In this document: in pieces, positions 40,948-49,297 of the stretch | How positions within the stretch are numbered: position 1 is the stretch's first letter | Layout of the letters: every line of letters begins with the position of its first letter | DNA from: an uncultured virus (IMG/VR IMGVR_UViG_3300027851_000026) | Taxonomy: Duplodnaviria; Heunggongvirae; Uroviricota; Caudoviricetes | Length of the DNA: 64,000 nt | Virus record (IMG/VR): IMGVR_UViG_3300027851_000026 | Strand: one strand, 5' to 3' | Translations under genes and position numbers: made by a program | The notes under the pieces: generated by a model | Told to the model about the DNA's origin: nothing | What the model saw: only the letters and a program-made list of their open reading frames with translations | Databases searched by the model: none

Positions 40948-41148
40948 TTAAGTTGTCGAATACTCGAATTCAATCTCTTCACCCGTTTCACAGTCATATA
41001 TCTCACAACCGCTGTGAAACGGTTGTTTGGCATCTTCTATTAGTTTTGTTTTTACTTCATCTAAATTATTGCTTTTGATGACGCAATCGCTCATTCCTCC
41101 GCCAGGATAATACATCATTGATGAGAAACCAAGATATCGATACTTCAT
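40948..41148 (-). CDS. Small early protein (YYP.GG..D type)
   Basis: Follows promoter/RBS cassette; AT-richer. Confidence 0.7.
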   Translation of the reverse strand: MKYRYLGFSSMMYYPGGGMSDCVIKSNNLDEVKTKLIEDAKQPFHSGCEIYDCETGEEIEFEYSTT

Positions 41149-41171
41149 CTATCTCTCCCTTGTTATGATTG

Positions 41172-41200
41172 ATTATACCACAACATCGCACAACCTGCAA
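41172..41200 (-). promoter_or_regulatory. sigma70 promoter
   Basis: TTGCAG-17-TATAAT with TG. Confidence 0.85.
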
Positions 41201-41440
41201 GTGTGGCAGCCACAATGTGTGTGATACAAAGTCTGCATTATTGGCGATACTCTAGTACAACAAGTTCAATAGAATCTGGGCTATTCGAGCATTGTGCACT
41301 TAGTTGACGCATTGTGCATTGAGGGAGAGTGTCACTACTCTCCAGCGCTTCGCGATTAGCGTAGTTGCATGTGTACGAACGATGTATGTTATTTGGCGTG
41401 GGCTTCGCGGCCTCAGTACATACACAGAAATGCAGACAAC

Positions 41441-41470
41441 AAAAAACCCGATGCACGAATGCATCGGGTT
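41441..41470 (-). terminator. Intrinsic terminator
   Basis: AACCCGATGCA-TTCG-TGCATCGGGTT followed by T run on - strand. Confidence 0.88.
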
Positions 41471-41794
41471 GTTTGTTGTGTTATCGAATTCGTGAATTCC
41501 AAAGGCGCCTCAATGCTGAGACTATATGGAAATATTCAGGCCGTCGCCGTAGTGTATATGCAACATATGCAATGATATGCGCATTTGGTTGTGGCTTTCT
41601 CATGTCATGTCATCCTGTGTAGGTTTGTTGTATTGCGTCAACGATATTCAAGCCAGATGACGAAGATGCCAAATGCTAATACGACTGGCACGATGATGGT
41701 AAACAACTCAGTCATCATGACGTGAACCACGCGACGATGAATACTAAGAGAGTGGCATATGCTGCCACTCCCACCATGTTGCGTATCATCTAGC

Positions 41795-42691
41795 TCACGC
41801 GACCATCTTAAGCGCGTTCTTACGGTCGAGTGCGGTGCGATGATACTTGGTCACTTCTTCGCACGCCTTAGCGAAAGTGTTGCGGAGCTTGACCAACTCC
41901 GGGTCATCGCCTTCCAGTGCAAAAGCGGCGATATCTTCGGCAGTCTCGATTGCCGCGAGCTTGCTTTCGACGCTGCTGAAGTGCACTGCAACAGCAGCAG
42001 GGTCGCCGTTGATGATGCCCTGCACTGCCTTAATAGCACCGAGCGGTGCCTTGCTGGAGATAGTCGCAGTGGTCCGCTTCGTCTGATCTTGTCCACGATT
42101 CATCCACTTGCTTACCATTTCCTCGCACTGCGACCACGACACTTCGCCCATGCCGGTTTGGCTTGCACGCTGCGCAACAAGGATGTCCATGTCAGCGGAC
42201 CGCTTGTCATTCAACGCCTTGCGATCATTCCAGCCACGCGAGAGCCAAACGCGGCGAGCAAGATCAGTGTCGCCTTTGATATGCGCGACGACGCCCTTAG
42301 CAGTCTCGCGAATGATGAGGAATTCGCGAAATTTGAGCGCGTGCAAGTCGAGAGCGAATTGCATGCGCTTGTATTGGCGATTGACGAGATTGCGATAGTC
42401 CGCAGTCTTCCGTTCCTTATCGCCGACTGTCTCGATCAAGTCGTTAGCGCCGATATGCTCAGCAAACTTGATACGCGCGAGATCGCGGAGTTTTTCGTCC
42501 ATGTTGTGATAGTCCTTCAACATGTACGACCACTTTTCGCGCGTCTCATTGTCGTCACTCGCCAGCACGGCATACGCGAGTGCAAGCGATCCCTTCGTCT
42601 CACCCTTGCCCTTGTAGTCAATCTCGCTCAGTCCGGCAGCGAGAAATTTACCGTACACGGTGTTCGCAATGTTGCTGTCGATCTTGGCCAT
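41795..42691 (-). CDS. First early gene, 298-aa helical protein of unknown function
   Basis: AAGGA RBS, own promoter, strong codon bias. Confidence 0.75.
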   Translation of the reverse strand: MAKIDSNIANTVYGKFLAAGLSEIDYKGKGETKGSLALAYAVLASDDNETREKWSYMLKDYHNMDEKLRDLARIKFAEHIGANDLIETVGDKERKTADYRNLVNRQYKRMQFALDLHALKFREFLIIRETAKGVVAHIKGDTDLARRVWLSRGWNDRKALNDKRSADMDILVAQRASQTGMGEVSWSQCEEMVSKWMNRGQDQTKRTTATISSKAPLGAIKAVQGIINGDPAAVAVHFSSVESKLAAIETAEDIAAFALEGDDPELVKLRNTFAKACEEVTKYHRTALDRKNALKMVA

Positions 42692-42882
42692 TTGATTAGT
42701 CCTTTGCATGCGGAGCGGTGTTCGCGTCCGCTGTTAGGTGCGATGGTGCACCGTAATGCAGACAACATTGCATTACGCTACACCCTCACGTGGTGACGCG
42801 AGCATTAGACACAGCTCGCGCCACCACCCAAAGGCGTTGTGTAGACTGATAAACAATGAATAGAGCAAACTCAACTAAGTAC

Positions 42883-42911
42883 ATTATCTCATATTAACTC
42901 CCAACGTTCAA
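42883..42911 (-). promoter_or_regulatory. sigma70 promoter
   Basis: TTGAAC-17-GATAAT with TG. Confidence 0.65.
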
Positions 42912-42949
42912 GCGTTGTAGCTACATACATATACACAACACTTACTAAT

Positions 42950-43060
42950 CTAATCGTTCGTGTACGTACAATAACTATGCACAACAATCACTCATACATA
43001 CATTGACAACACAACAATACTGTGAATGCCAAACACGCTAATCGTTCGTGTACGTACAAT
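42950..43060 (+). repeat. 23-bp direct repeat pair CTAATCGTTCGTGTACGTACAAT
   Basis: Exact copies at 42950..42972 and 43038..43060; contain palindrome TGTACGTACA. Confidence 0.9.
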
Positions 43061-43406
43061 TGCAGTACCGTGTCCGCTGGACGTTGCCGCACCAACACCA
43101 CACGCAGCACCAACCCCCGTACTCCCCCGCCCAAAACCAAAGTGGGGTGGGATTGTGATGGGGAAGTGTAGAGAGCATGTCAGTCGCGTGCACACAAAGC
43201 CCCATGCCGGTATGTTGCTAGTGCACGTATGACATCATGCAATTACGATGGCGATGTGATGAGAGATCGCGCATCGAGTGCCCGCCGTGCTACGCCCGTC
43301 GGGAGAGAGTCGCTATTGTGAGATTGTGTTGCGGTGTGTGATGCTATTATGTAATAGCGTGGCGGACACAGTGCTATATATCACCGCCATCCCCACCAAC
43401 CCACCC

Positions 43407-43435
43407 AGTATATAACAAAGAGAGCACGCTGTCAA
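43407..43435 (-). promoter_or_regulatory. sigma70 promoter
   Basis: TTGACA-17-TATACT. Confidence 0.75.
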
Positions 43436-43484
43436 TTGTAATATAATAACAAAATGACGCTGTTCCCTGTGCAGCTATGAGCTT

Positions 43485-43514
43485 ATTATATCATGAGAAT
43501 CCATAACTTGTCAA
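43485..43514 (-). promoter_or_regulatory. sigma70 promoter
   Basis: TTGACA-18-TATAAT with TG. Confidence 0.75.
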
Positions 43515-43533
43515 GTCATTTCGAGCTTTTCGA

Positions 43534-43561
43534 TTGACTTGCTTCTCACTCTCTATATAGT
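43534..43561 (+). promoter_or_regulatory. Divergent sigma70-like promoter for packaging/late operon
   Basis: TTGACT-16-TATAGT. Confidence 0.55.
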
Positions 43562-43630
43562 ACAGTCTCAGGTGTGGTGACTGACAATGTGCAGACTCAA
43601 CACACATGATGAAATCACAGGAGACATCAC

Positions 43631-44092
43631 ATGTCACTCACTACACCTACAGTTACAGGATGGAGCGGTTTCTGGAATACAGAGAGTGATCGTGCTCCGT
43701 ATTCTATGATGTCCGGACAGGCACGTGCGAACGCTGCGAACTATCTAGCGAAGTTCATGAAGCGCGGTAGTACACGTGCAGAGCGTGCTGCGTTTGCTGC
43801 GTTGATTGGTGCTGCGTCTGGTGGCACTGCTACTGCCACTCACAAAATCGTATCGTCTCCTGCTGCTACAAGTGGCACAGTTCCACAGGCTACAGGTATC
43901 GGTGATCTTGGTGGTGTGCGCACTGTGAATACGTTCACTGATATCAATCGCGCCACAACTGCTGCGGACATCACTGAACTCAAGAAGTGGGTATCGAATG
44001 ATGCACTACTTGAAGCTGGTATTACGTATCCCACAGTGACAGGTCCGAACATCGCTGGCGGTATGCAGATCAACGGCGTGAATCGCTTCTAA
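43631..44092 (+). CDS. Hypothetical (possibly virion) protein
   Basis: AGGAG RBS; first + strand gene. Confidence 0.7.
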   Translation: MSLTTPTVTGWSGFWNTESDRAPYSMMSGQARANAANYLAKFMKRGSTRAERAAFAALIGAASGGTATATHKIVSSPAATSGTVPQATGIGDLGGVRTVNTFTDINRATTAADITELKKWVSNDALLEAGITYPTVTGPNIAGGMQINGVNRF

Positions 44093-44093
44093 C

Positions 44094-44264
44094 ATGGCGA
44101 TCTTGCGTGTGTCCGCTGCACACATTAATAAAGAGCGCGCTGAGAGGAACAAACTTCCTCTCAGCGATGAGTTCGTACTCGATGAATTCGAGAAGTATGC
44201 ATACACAGCAACTGATCCGAGCATCGACACATTCAATGCACGCATGATTCACGAGTTGGAGTAA
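44094..44264 (+). CDS. 56-aa hypothetical protein
   Basis: MAILRVSAAH...; fills gap exactly. Confidence 0.5.
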   Translation: MAILRVSAAHINKERAERNKLPLSDEFVLDEFEKYAYTATDPSIDTFNARMIHELE

Positions 44265-44268
44265 GAGC

Positions 44269-45084
44269 ATGGATGAACCAACACTTGCTCGCTTGATGGG
44301 TACATACGGTGCACCTGTCAACGCACGTAATGCTAACATGGCACGTGAATTCTTTGCAGCTAATCCTGATGTTGCAGAACGTCGTGCAATGGGCATGCGT
44401 GGTAGCGGTAACGAGGATAACAGCGATGTACTTGGTGCAATGCTTGACAAGTTCGTGCAGGATACAGGACCTGCTGCACCACAGATTCAGCAAGAACAGC
44501 TTCCGCCACTAGAGACTGTGCAGAACAGTACAGCACCGACACGTAAGAGTGCGACTGCTGCTCCACGTCAAGCATCAATGCAGCCTGCACATCTTGAGCC
44601 GGGATTCCAAGAAGCGAATGCTGCACCACAGGGTGGTGGATCAGGTAGCAGCGGTTGGATGAATGACTTGCTATTGACGATTCTTGGTGCATCGAGCGTT
44701 GCAGGTCGTACAATGATGGGCGGTGGTAATGCACCACAGACAGGAAACGCACCACAGAAAGCACTTCCTCGCGCTATTGGTAATGATGGAGCACTACTTG
44801 AGAATCCCTATCCAGACGGACAAAAGCGTCTCACATACACACCAAAGCTCGAAGACAATGTTAGCGATTTGTCGCGAGTCCCTACGAACGAACCGCCTGT
44901 GGCAAAGGTTGAAGGCGACAAGGGCCTCACAGAAGAAGCACGCAAGAAACAGTTGCAAGCAGAAGTAGACGCAGAGAATCAATCCGCTGCATCTGTGCGT
45001 GATGAGATGGAAAAGCGTGCACGCGACAAAGCCAACACACGGAAACTGAGCGATGCAGCCAAACGTGCCGTCGGACGAAAGTAG
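44269..45084 (+). CDS. Hypothetical low-complexity protein
   Basis: GGAG RBS; P/Q/A-rich. Confidence 0.65.
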   Translation: MDEPTLARLMGTYGAPVNARNANMAREFFAANPDVAERRAMGMRGSGNEDNSDVLGAMLDKFVQDTGPAAPQIQQEQLPPLETVQNSTAPTRKSATAAPRQASMQPAHLEPGFQEANAAPQGGGSGSSGWMNDLLLTILGASSVAGRTMMGGGNAPQTGNAPQKALPRAIGNDGALLENPYPDGQKRLTYTPKLEDNVSDLSRVPTNEPPVAKVEGDKGLTEEARKKQLQAEVDAENQSAASVRDEMEKRARDKANTRKLSDAAKRAVGRK

Positions 45085-45694
45085 CAAGTCACAATGGCTT
45101 GATACACAGGAAGAAGTAAAGCTGCATCTTCCTGACGGCAGTGTTGTGCTTAGTGATGGCAGAGTAATGAAGCCAGTCACGAAAGCACAACCTGCTGCAG
45201 AGATGTCGCGTGAAATCACTTCTGGACGTGCATCGAAAGTGCTTGTTGAGAAGATGTCTCGCAAGCTGACTGACTTACCTGACACACCTGACAAGATGAA
45301 TGCGTTCGGTGCTCTCATTGTATATCAGATGCTCGGTGTGAGTGATGAAGAAGCAGCACTTGCGCTCGGTACTACAGTAGAGAAGATCAAAGCTGTCAAA
45401 GAACTTGACGCATTTCATCAACTCAGTGCAATGCTTGACAACACGATCATCGATGATGGTAAGCGTGCTGCAAATCTCATGCTATCCAAAGCAGCAACAC
45501 GTGCAACTGAACGAATGATTGAAGGTGTTGAGAGCAATCGTGAAGACATCGCTATTGTAGCAGCACGTGATGTAATGAAGGCTGCAGGTGTTGGGCAGCA
45601 AGAAGAAGCATCGAAACGACTTGGCGGCTTGAACATCGTGATCAAGCGCAAGGGTGAGACAGACGAAGAGATTAGAGTGGAGATGACATCATGA
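45053..45694 (+). CDS. Putative terminase small subunit
   Basis: HTH-like segment, AARDVM.AAG helix and GGLNIVI C-terminal strand; upstream of TerL on the circle. Confidence 0.6.
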   Translation: MQPNVPSDESSKSQWLDTQEEVKLHLPDGSVVLSDGRVMKPVTKAQPAAEMSREITSGRASKVLVEKMSRKLTDLPDTPDKMNAFGALIVYQMLGVSDEEAALALGTTVEKIKAVKELDAFHQLSAMLDNTIIDDGKRAANLMLSKAATRATERMIEGVESNREDIAIVAARDVMKAAGVGQQEEASKRLGGLNIVIKRKGETDEEIRVEMTS

Positions 45695-46020
45695 GCTTTC
45701 AATCGCGTGACATTTCAGTCAACACACAGGGACTCGTTACTCGTGTTCGTGGTTTGATTGATCGAGTAATCACATCACTTACAGGATCGTCGCAGCAAGT
45801 CGTAGGTGCGACGATTCTACGTAAGCGCCTCATCTTCAAGAACGGCGCAAATCCTGTTGCCATCAACCTACTCGGTGGTACTGCAGCGATTGGTGGTGCT
45901 GGCTGCATTACAATGACAGCATACGAAGGACTTGCACTGATCGGTGATGATTGTCCTGATGGAGTAGTGACAGTAATCGGCACAGCAGCGAACTACTTCT
46001 CTTGTCTTGAAGGACGCTAG
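45691..46020 (+). CDS. Small beta-rich (virion?) protein
   Basis: ATGA-coupled ORF. Confidence 0.6.
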   Translation: MSFQSRDISVNTQGLVTRVRGLIDRVITSLTGSSQQVVGATILRKRLIFKNGANPVAINLLGGTAAIGGAGCITMTAYEGLALIGDDCPDGVVTVIGTAANYFSCLEGR

Positions 46021-46022
46021 CC

Positions 46023-46859
46023 ATGACACGCAAGCGTAATGGCATCTTCTTCTTCGGTCCATCCGGAGGTACAGGTGGTCGAGCGTTCGATGCAGATACA
46101 CTTGCGTGGGAAGCAGCAGTCATTAGTAATGGTGGCAGTGTATCACTTGCTCGACGTATCATCGTAGATCAATTCATCTACGATGAGAAAGCGAGTGGTA
46201 CATGGCCGCTCACCGACGACTATTGGGGCTTCTGGGCGGAGAACGCGATCCAGGCGCTTACGAGCCTGAAGCAGCGCCGCCTTGCGACGGCGGTCAACTC
46301 GCCAACCTTTACCGCAGACCGTGACTACACGACCGATGGCACAGCCGGTTATATCAACCTGAACTTCGTGCCATTGACCGATGCGGTGGCGATGACGACA
46401 AACTCTGTCCATGCAGAGGTCTACGAGCGGACCAACGTGAGCGGGGTTGCGGTCGCCTTCGGGGGCACTTCCGGATCAAATCGCTCGATTGCCGTGCAAA
46501 CCCGCAACGGCGGCAACGTCTTGGCGGACGGCAATAGCGCTGCCAGCACGTACACGCTGCCGGCCGCCGACAGCCGGGGGCTGACGCAGTTTGGGCGAAG
46601 TGGGACCCTGACGACGGATACGTATGGCGCCAAGAATGGTGTTGATATGACGCGGACCGTGACCCCCAGCGGAGTGGGCGCCTCGTTGCCGGCCAACGGT
46701 CCGTTCGTGGGCGCGTTCAATAACATCGGCACGCCTGCTGTCCTTAAAGCCAGCTCGTATGGATATGCGTCTGCTGGCGCGGCGCTTTCTGGCGCGCAAC
46801 GCCTCGCGCGCTACACCAATGTTCAAGCCTGGGCCACCTCTGTGGGAGCGAACGTCTGA
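46023..46859 (+). CDS. Putative virion/adsorption protein (ConA/LamG-like), mosaic gene
   Basis: A.VNSPTFTA..GY-like and DG...YI motifs; codon style changes near 46200. Confidence 0.65.
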   Translation: MTRKRNGIFFFGPSGGTGGRAFDADTLAWEAAVISNGGSVSLARRIIVDQFIYDEKASGTWPLTDDYWGFWAENAIQALTSLKQRRLATAVNSPTFTADRDYTTDGTAGYINLNFVPLTDAVAMTTNSVHAEVYERTNVSGVAVAFGGTSGSNRSIAVQTRNGGNVLADGNSAASTYTLPAADSRGLTQFGRSGTLTTDTYGAKNGVDMTRTVTPSGVGASLPANGPFVGAFNNIGTPAVLKASSYGYASAGAALSGAQRLARYTNVQAWATSVGANV

Positions 46860-47092
46860 TGGCCATGTTCATCCTTCTCACAGCCGAACAGGCCGATCAG
46901 GTACGCGGCCCCTCTGAAAGCGCTCCTTACGCCGCACTCAACCCGATCGAGCGGGCGGGTGGCGTCTTCATCCTCGGTGTCGAGGTTCTGCAGGCCCCGT
47001 ACCATGAGGTTCATGCCGCCTTCCTCGGCGGACTTCCACAGATGGACGAGAACGACCCGGATTTTCCAGGGGAGATCCAACCTCCCGAGTAG
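46859..47092 (+). CDS. Small partner protein (phage 2 allele)
   Basis: Homologous to 268..501. Confidence 0.75.
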   Translation: MAMFILLTAEQADQVRGPSESAPYAALNPIERAGGVFILGVEVLQAPYHEVHAAFLGGLPQMDENDPDFPGEIQPPE

Positions 47093-47209
47093 TTCAAGCA
47101 GCGGGCCCCGACCATGCACCACCACGGCCGAGGCCCTGACCACCACCGACCTAAGAAGGAGGCCGGCTATGGCTGAGGCAAGCGTAGGCAGGGAAGTGGA
47201 CGCGAGTCC

Positions 47210-47533
47210 ATGAGCGATATGGGGCTACCCAAGTTCGAGAATCGGCTTTCGGCTGGCAATTTCATCACCATTGCATTCGGTGTGCTGGCGCTCGCCGTCG
47301 CTTGGGGGACGCTCCAAGCCGATATCCGGGCGCTGGCGCAGCGGGTCGACAAGGGCGAAACCCGCGACGACAAGGCCGCCGAAACCCTCGACGCCATGAA
47401 GAGCGCGCTGATCGAGCTACGAGCCGACAGCAAGGCCACCAAGGCCGAGGTGGAGCGCATGGGGCGCCAGCTCGACCGGATCGTGGACAACCGCAACCCG
47501 ACGCCGCAACTCCCCCCGAGAGGCACGCCATGA
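47210..47533 (+). CDS. Membrane-anchored coiled-coil protein (holin-like position)
   Basis: One TM helix plus coiled coil before endolysin. Confidence 0.6.
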   Translation: MSDMGLPKFENRLSAGNFITIAFGVLALAVAWGTLQADIRALAQRVDKGETRDDKAAETLDAMKSALIELRADSKATKAEVERMGRQLDRIVDNRNPTPQLPPRGTP

Positions 47534-48279
47534 AATTCAACGAGCAAGATATCGACATTGCCGCCCGCACCCTCTGGGGAGAATGCCGCGGTGAGCCACA
47601 GGAGGGGCAGATTGCCGTCGCTTGGGTGATCCGCAACCGGGCAGAGCGCAAGCGGTTTGCCGGCACGCTGGCGGGGCTGGAAGGCGCCATAGAGCGCGTC
47701 TGCAAGGCCAAGTGGCAGTTCTCTTGCTGGTGGGACCAGCAGGCGCCCAATCTGAAGGCATTGCCGGCGGAGCGCCTCGAGGTGCAGGCGGACCTTGTGC
47801 GCGGCGTGCTGGGCGGCATCACGCCAGATCCAACCAACGGCGCCGACCACTATCACACCATCGCGCGGCCGGGCTATGCGGACGTGTGGCCGCCCAACTG
47901 GGCGCCGACGATGGCAGAGGTGGCGCGCTTCGGCGGGCATGTCTTCTATGACAGCCGCCTGCCTGCGGGAGCGCCGCCAATGCAGCGGCCGGCGCCGGAG
48001 GTTCCACCCGGCTACGAGGTGACGCCGACGGGCAACGTCATCAACCCCAACCCGTCTCAGGGCACCATCGTCAAGGACGCCAACAAGGGCGAGGTGGCAA
48101 GCTGGGCCAATGCAGCTTGGGGCTTCGCCGCGCCGGTTCTGGGCGCGCTGCAGGGGCTGGACTGGAGGGTCGTCGCCGTTCTCGGGGGCGTCTCAATCGT
48201 GTTCGCTGGCGCCGCCATCCTCTACTTCCGGGGCATCCGCAAGACCCGCATGGAGATGGCCAAGCAGGGGGTCGTCTGA
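47530..48279 (+). CDS. SleB/Hydrolase_2 cell-wall hydrolase (endolysin) with C-terminal TM helices
   Basis: ARTLWGECRGE, AVAWVIRNR, QFSCW, DPTNGADHYH, GGHVFY. Confidence 0.9.
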   Translation: MKFNEQDIDIAARTLWGECRGEPQEGQIAVAWVIRNRAERKRFAGTLAGLEGAIERVCKAKWQFSCWWDQQAPNLKALPAERLEVQADLVRGVLGGITPDPTNGADHYHTIARPGYADVWPPNWAPTMAEVARFGGHVFYDSRLPAGAPPMQRPAPEVPPGYEVTPTGNVINPNPSQGTIVKDANKGEVASWANAAWGFAAPVLGALQGLDWRVVAVLGGVSIVFAGAAILYFRGIRKTRMEMAKQGVV

Positions 48280-48506
48280 TGATGAAGCTCCTGTCCGGCA
48301 TCTGGTCCTATGTGCTGGCTGGGGTTGCCTTCGTGGGCCTCGTGGCGTTCTGGGCTCTCCAGCTCATCGCCACAGGACGGAAGGCAGAACGGGCGGAAGC
48401 CACAGAGAAGGGCGTCGAGGCCATCAAGCGCGCCAACAAGGCCGCACAGAACATCGACCACAGCGCGGAGGCCATCGCCAATGACCCGAATAACCTTGAT
48501 CGCTAG
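48279..48506 (+). CDS. Putative i-spanin
   Basis: N-terminal TM helix plus coiled coil. Confidence 0.65.
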   Translation: MMKLLSGIWSYVLAGVAFVGLVAFWALQLIATGRKAERAEATEKGVEAIKRANKAAQNIDHSAEAIANDPNNLDR

Positions 48507-48672
48507 CCTGCTCCTTCTGGCTGGCTGCGGAGGGCCACCGCCGGCAAATTCGCTGGTGTGCGAGGCCCTGCGGCCCGACCTGCCGGTGAAGTATCACGCC
48601 AAGACGACGGACGCCGAGACCACCGCCAATATCCGGCGAGGCAATGCCCGATTTATGGCGGCTTGCCCCTAG
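48481..48672 (+). CDS. Putative o-spanin lipoprotein
   Basis: Lipobox LAGC; Cys pattern. Confidence 0.75.
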   Translation: MTRITLIASLLLLAGCGGPPPANSLVCEALRPDLPVKYHAKTTDAETTANIRRGNARFMAACP

Positions 48673-48705
48673 GGCGCTAGCCTGTGTGGGTGGAAGTAGC
48701 TGGGG

Positions 48706-49020
48706 TTAGATTGCCCGACAGGGGAGAGTGAGCGCGGCGGCAACCGCGCGCGCGACATATCCCGCCGCCGTTTCCTCTATAAATTCAATCTCGACTCCGT
48801 CAAATCCGTGATCGCGATAAAAGGGGACACCGGCATACACACCGCGATCGCTCCCAGACTCAACCGGGTGGCGTGACAAAGCGCAAACGCCTGCGAGCAA
48901 ATCGGTATATTGCCGGTCGCCAATCCGGAGCGCCTTTATCGGAAAAGCGTCGCCATTCCATCGCCGCGCGACCTCGTGTCGAATGCGGTAAATGAGATCT
49001 GATATTTGGGGCTCGCTCAT
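48706..49020 (-). CDS. Hypothetical protein
   Basis: AGGAG RBS. Confidence 0.6.
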   Translation of the reverse strand: MSEPQISDLIYRIRHEVARRWNGDAFPIKALRIGDRQYTDLLAGVCALSRHPVESGSDRGVYAGVPFYRDHGFDGVEIEFIEETAAGYVARAVAAALTLPCRAI

Positions 49021-49171
49021 CTCTTGCTCCTAAAGATGCGGGCCGGAAGAGGGCGAATTACAAACCGGCCTTTTTGAGGGGTTCGCAGGCCCAAAGCCCA
49101 ATGAAACCGGCACTTTGGCGGTAATTCAAACTTTCGCTGCGGGCCGGTCGCTAGTCCGGCAAATCGGCGTA

Positions 49172-49250
49172 TTCCAGAGGCGGGATTTGAACCCGCATAC
49201 ATAGGCGCTAGGAGCCATCCGCCCTTGCTAAACCGGTCAGCTACTCCAGA
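49172..49250 (-). ncRNA. tRNA-like element with non-canonical anticodon arm
   Basis: Acceptor TCTGGAG/CTCTGGA, TA-GCTG/TAGC D arm with GG, T arm GCGGG-TTCAAAT-CCCGC; 12-nt anticodon loop; no CCA. Confidence 0.7.
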
Positions 49251-49297
49251 TCACGCCGCCGCAGCGCGCTCACTCTACCACACCTTGCGGGAGGAGG

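Larger units (their letters stand above)
1..46615. mobile_element. Phage 1: apparently complete podovirus-like genome (circularly permuted, 46,615 bp)
   Basis: 1..127 identical to 46616..46742; gene order continues across the junction (TerS-like 45053 to TerL 498); head, short-tail, ejection, lysis and replication genes present; no integrase or repressor seen. Confidence 0.85.

Noticed and set aside
42950..43060. Mini-CRISPR array
   Set aside because: Only two 23-bp copies, 65-nt spacer, no CRISPR-like repeat ends; the Cas4-like gene sits in a normal replication/recombination module
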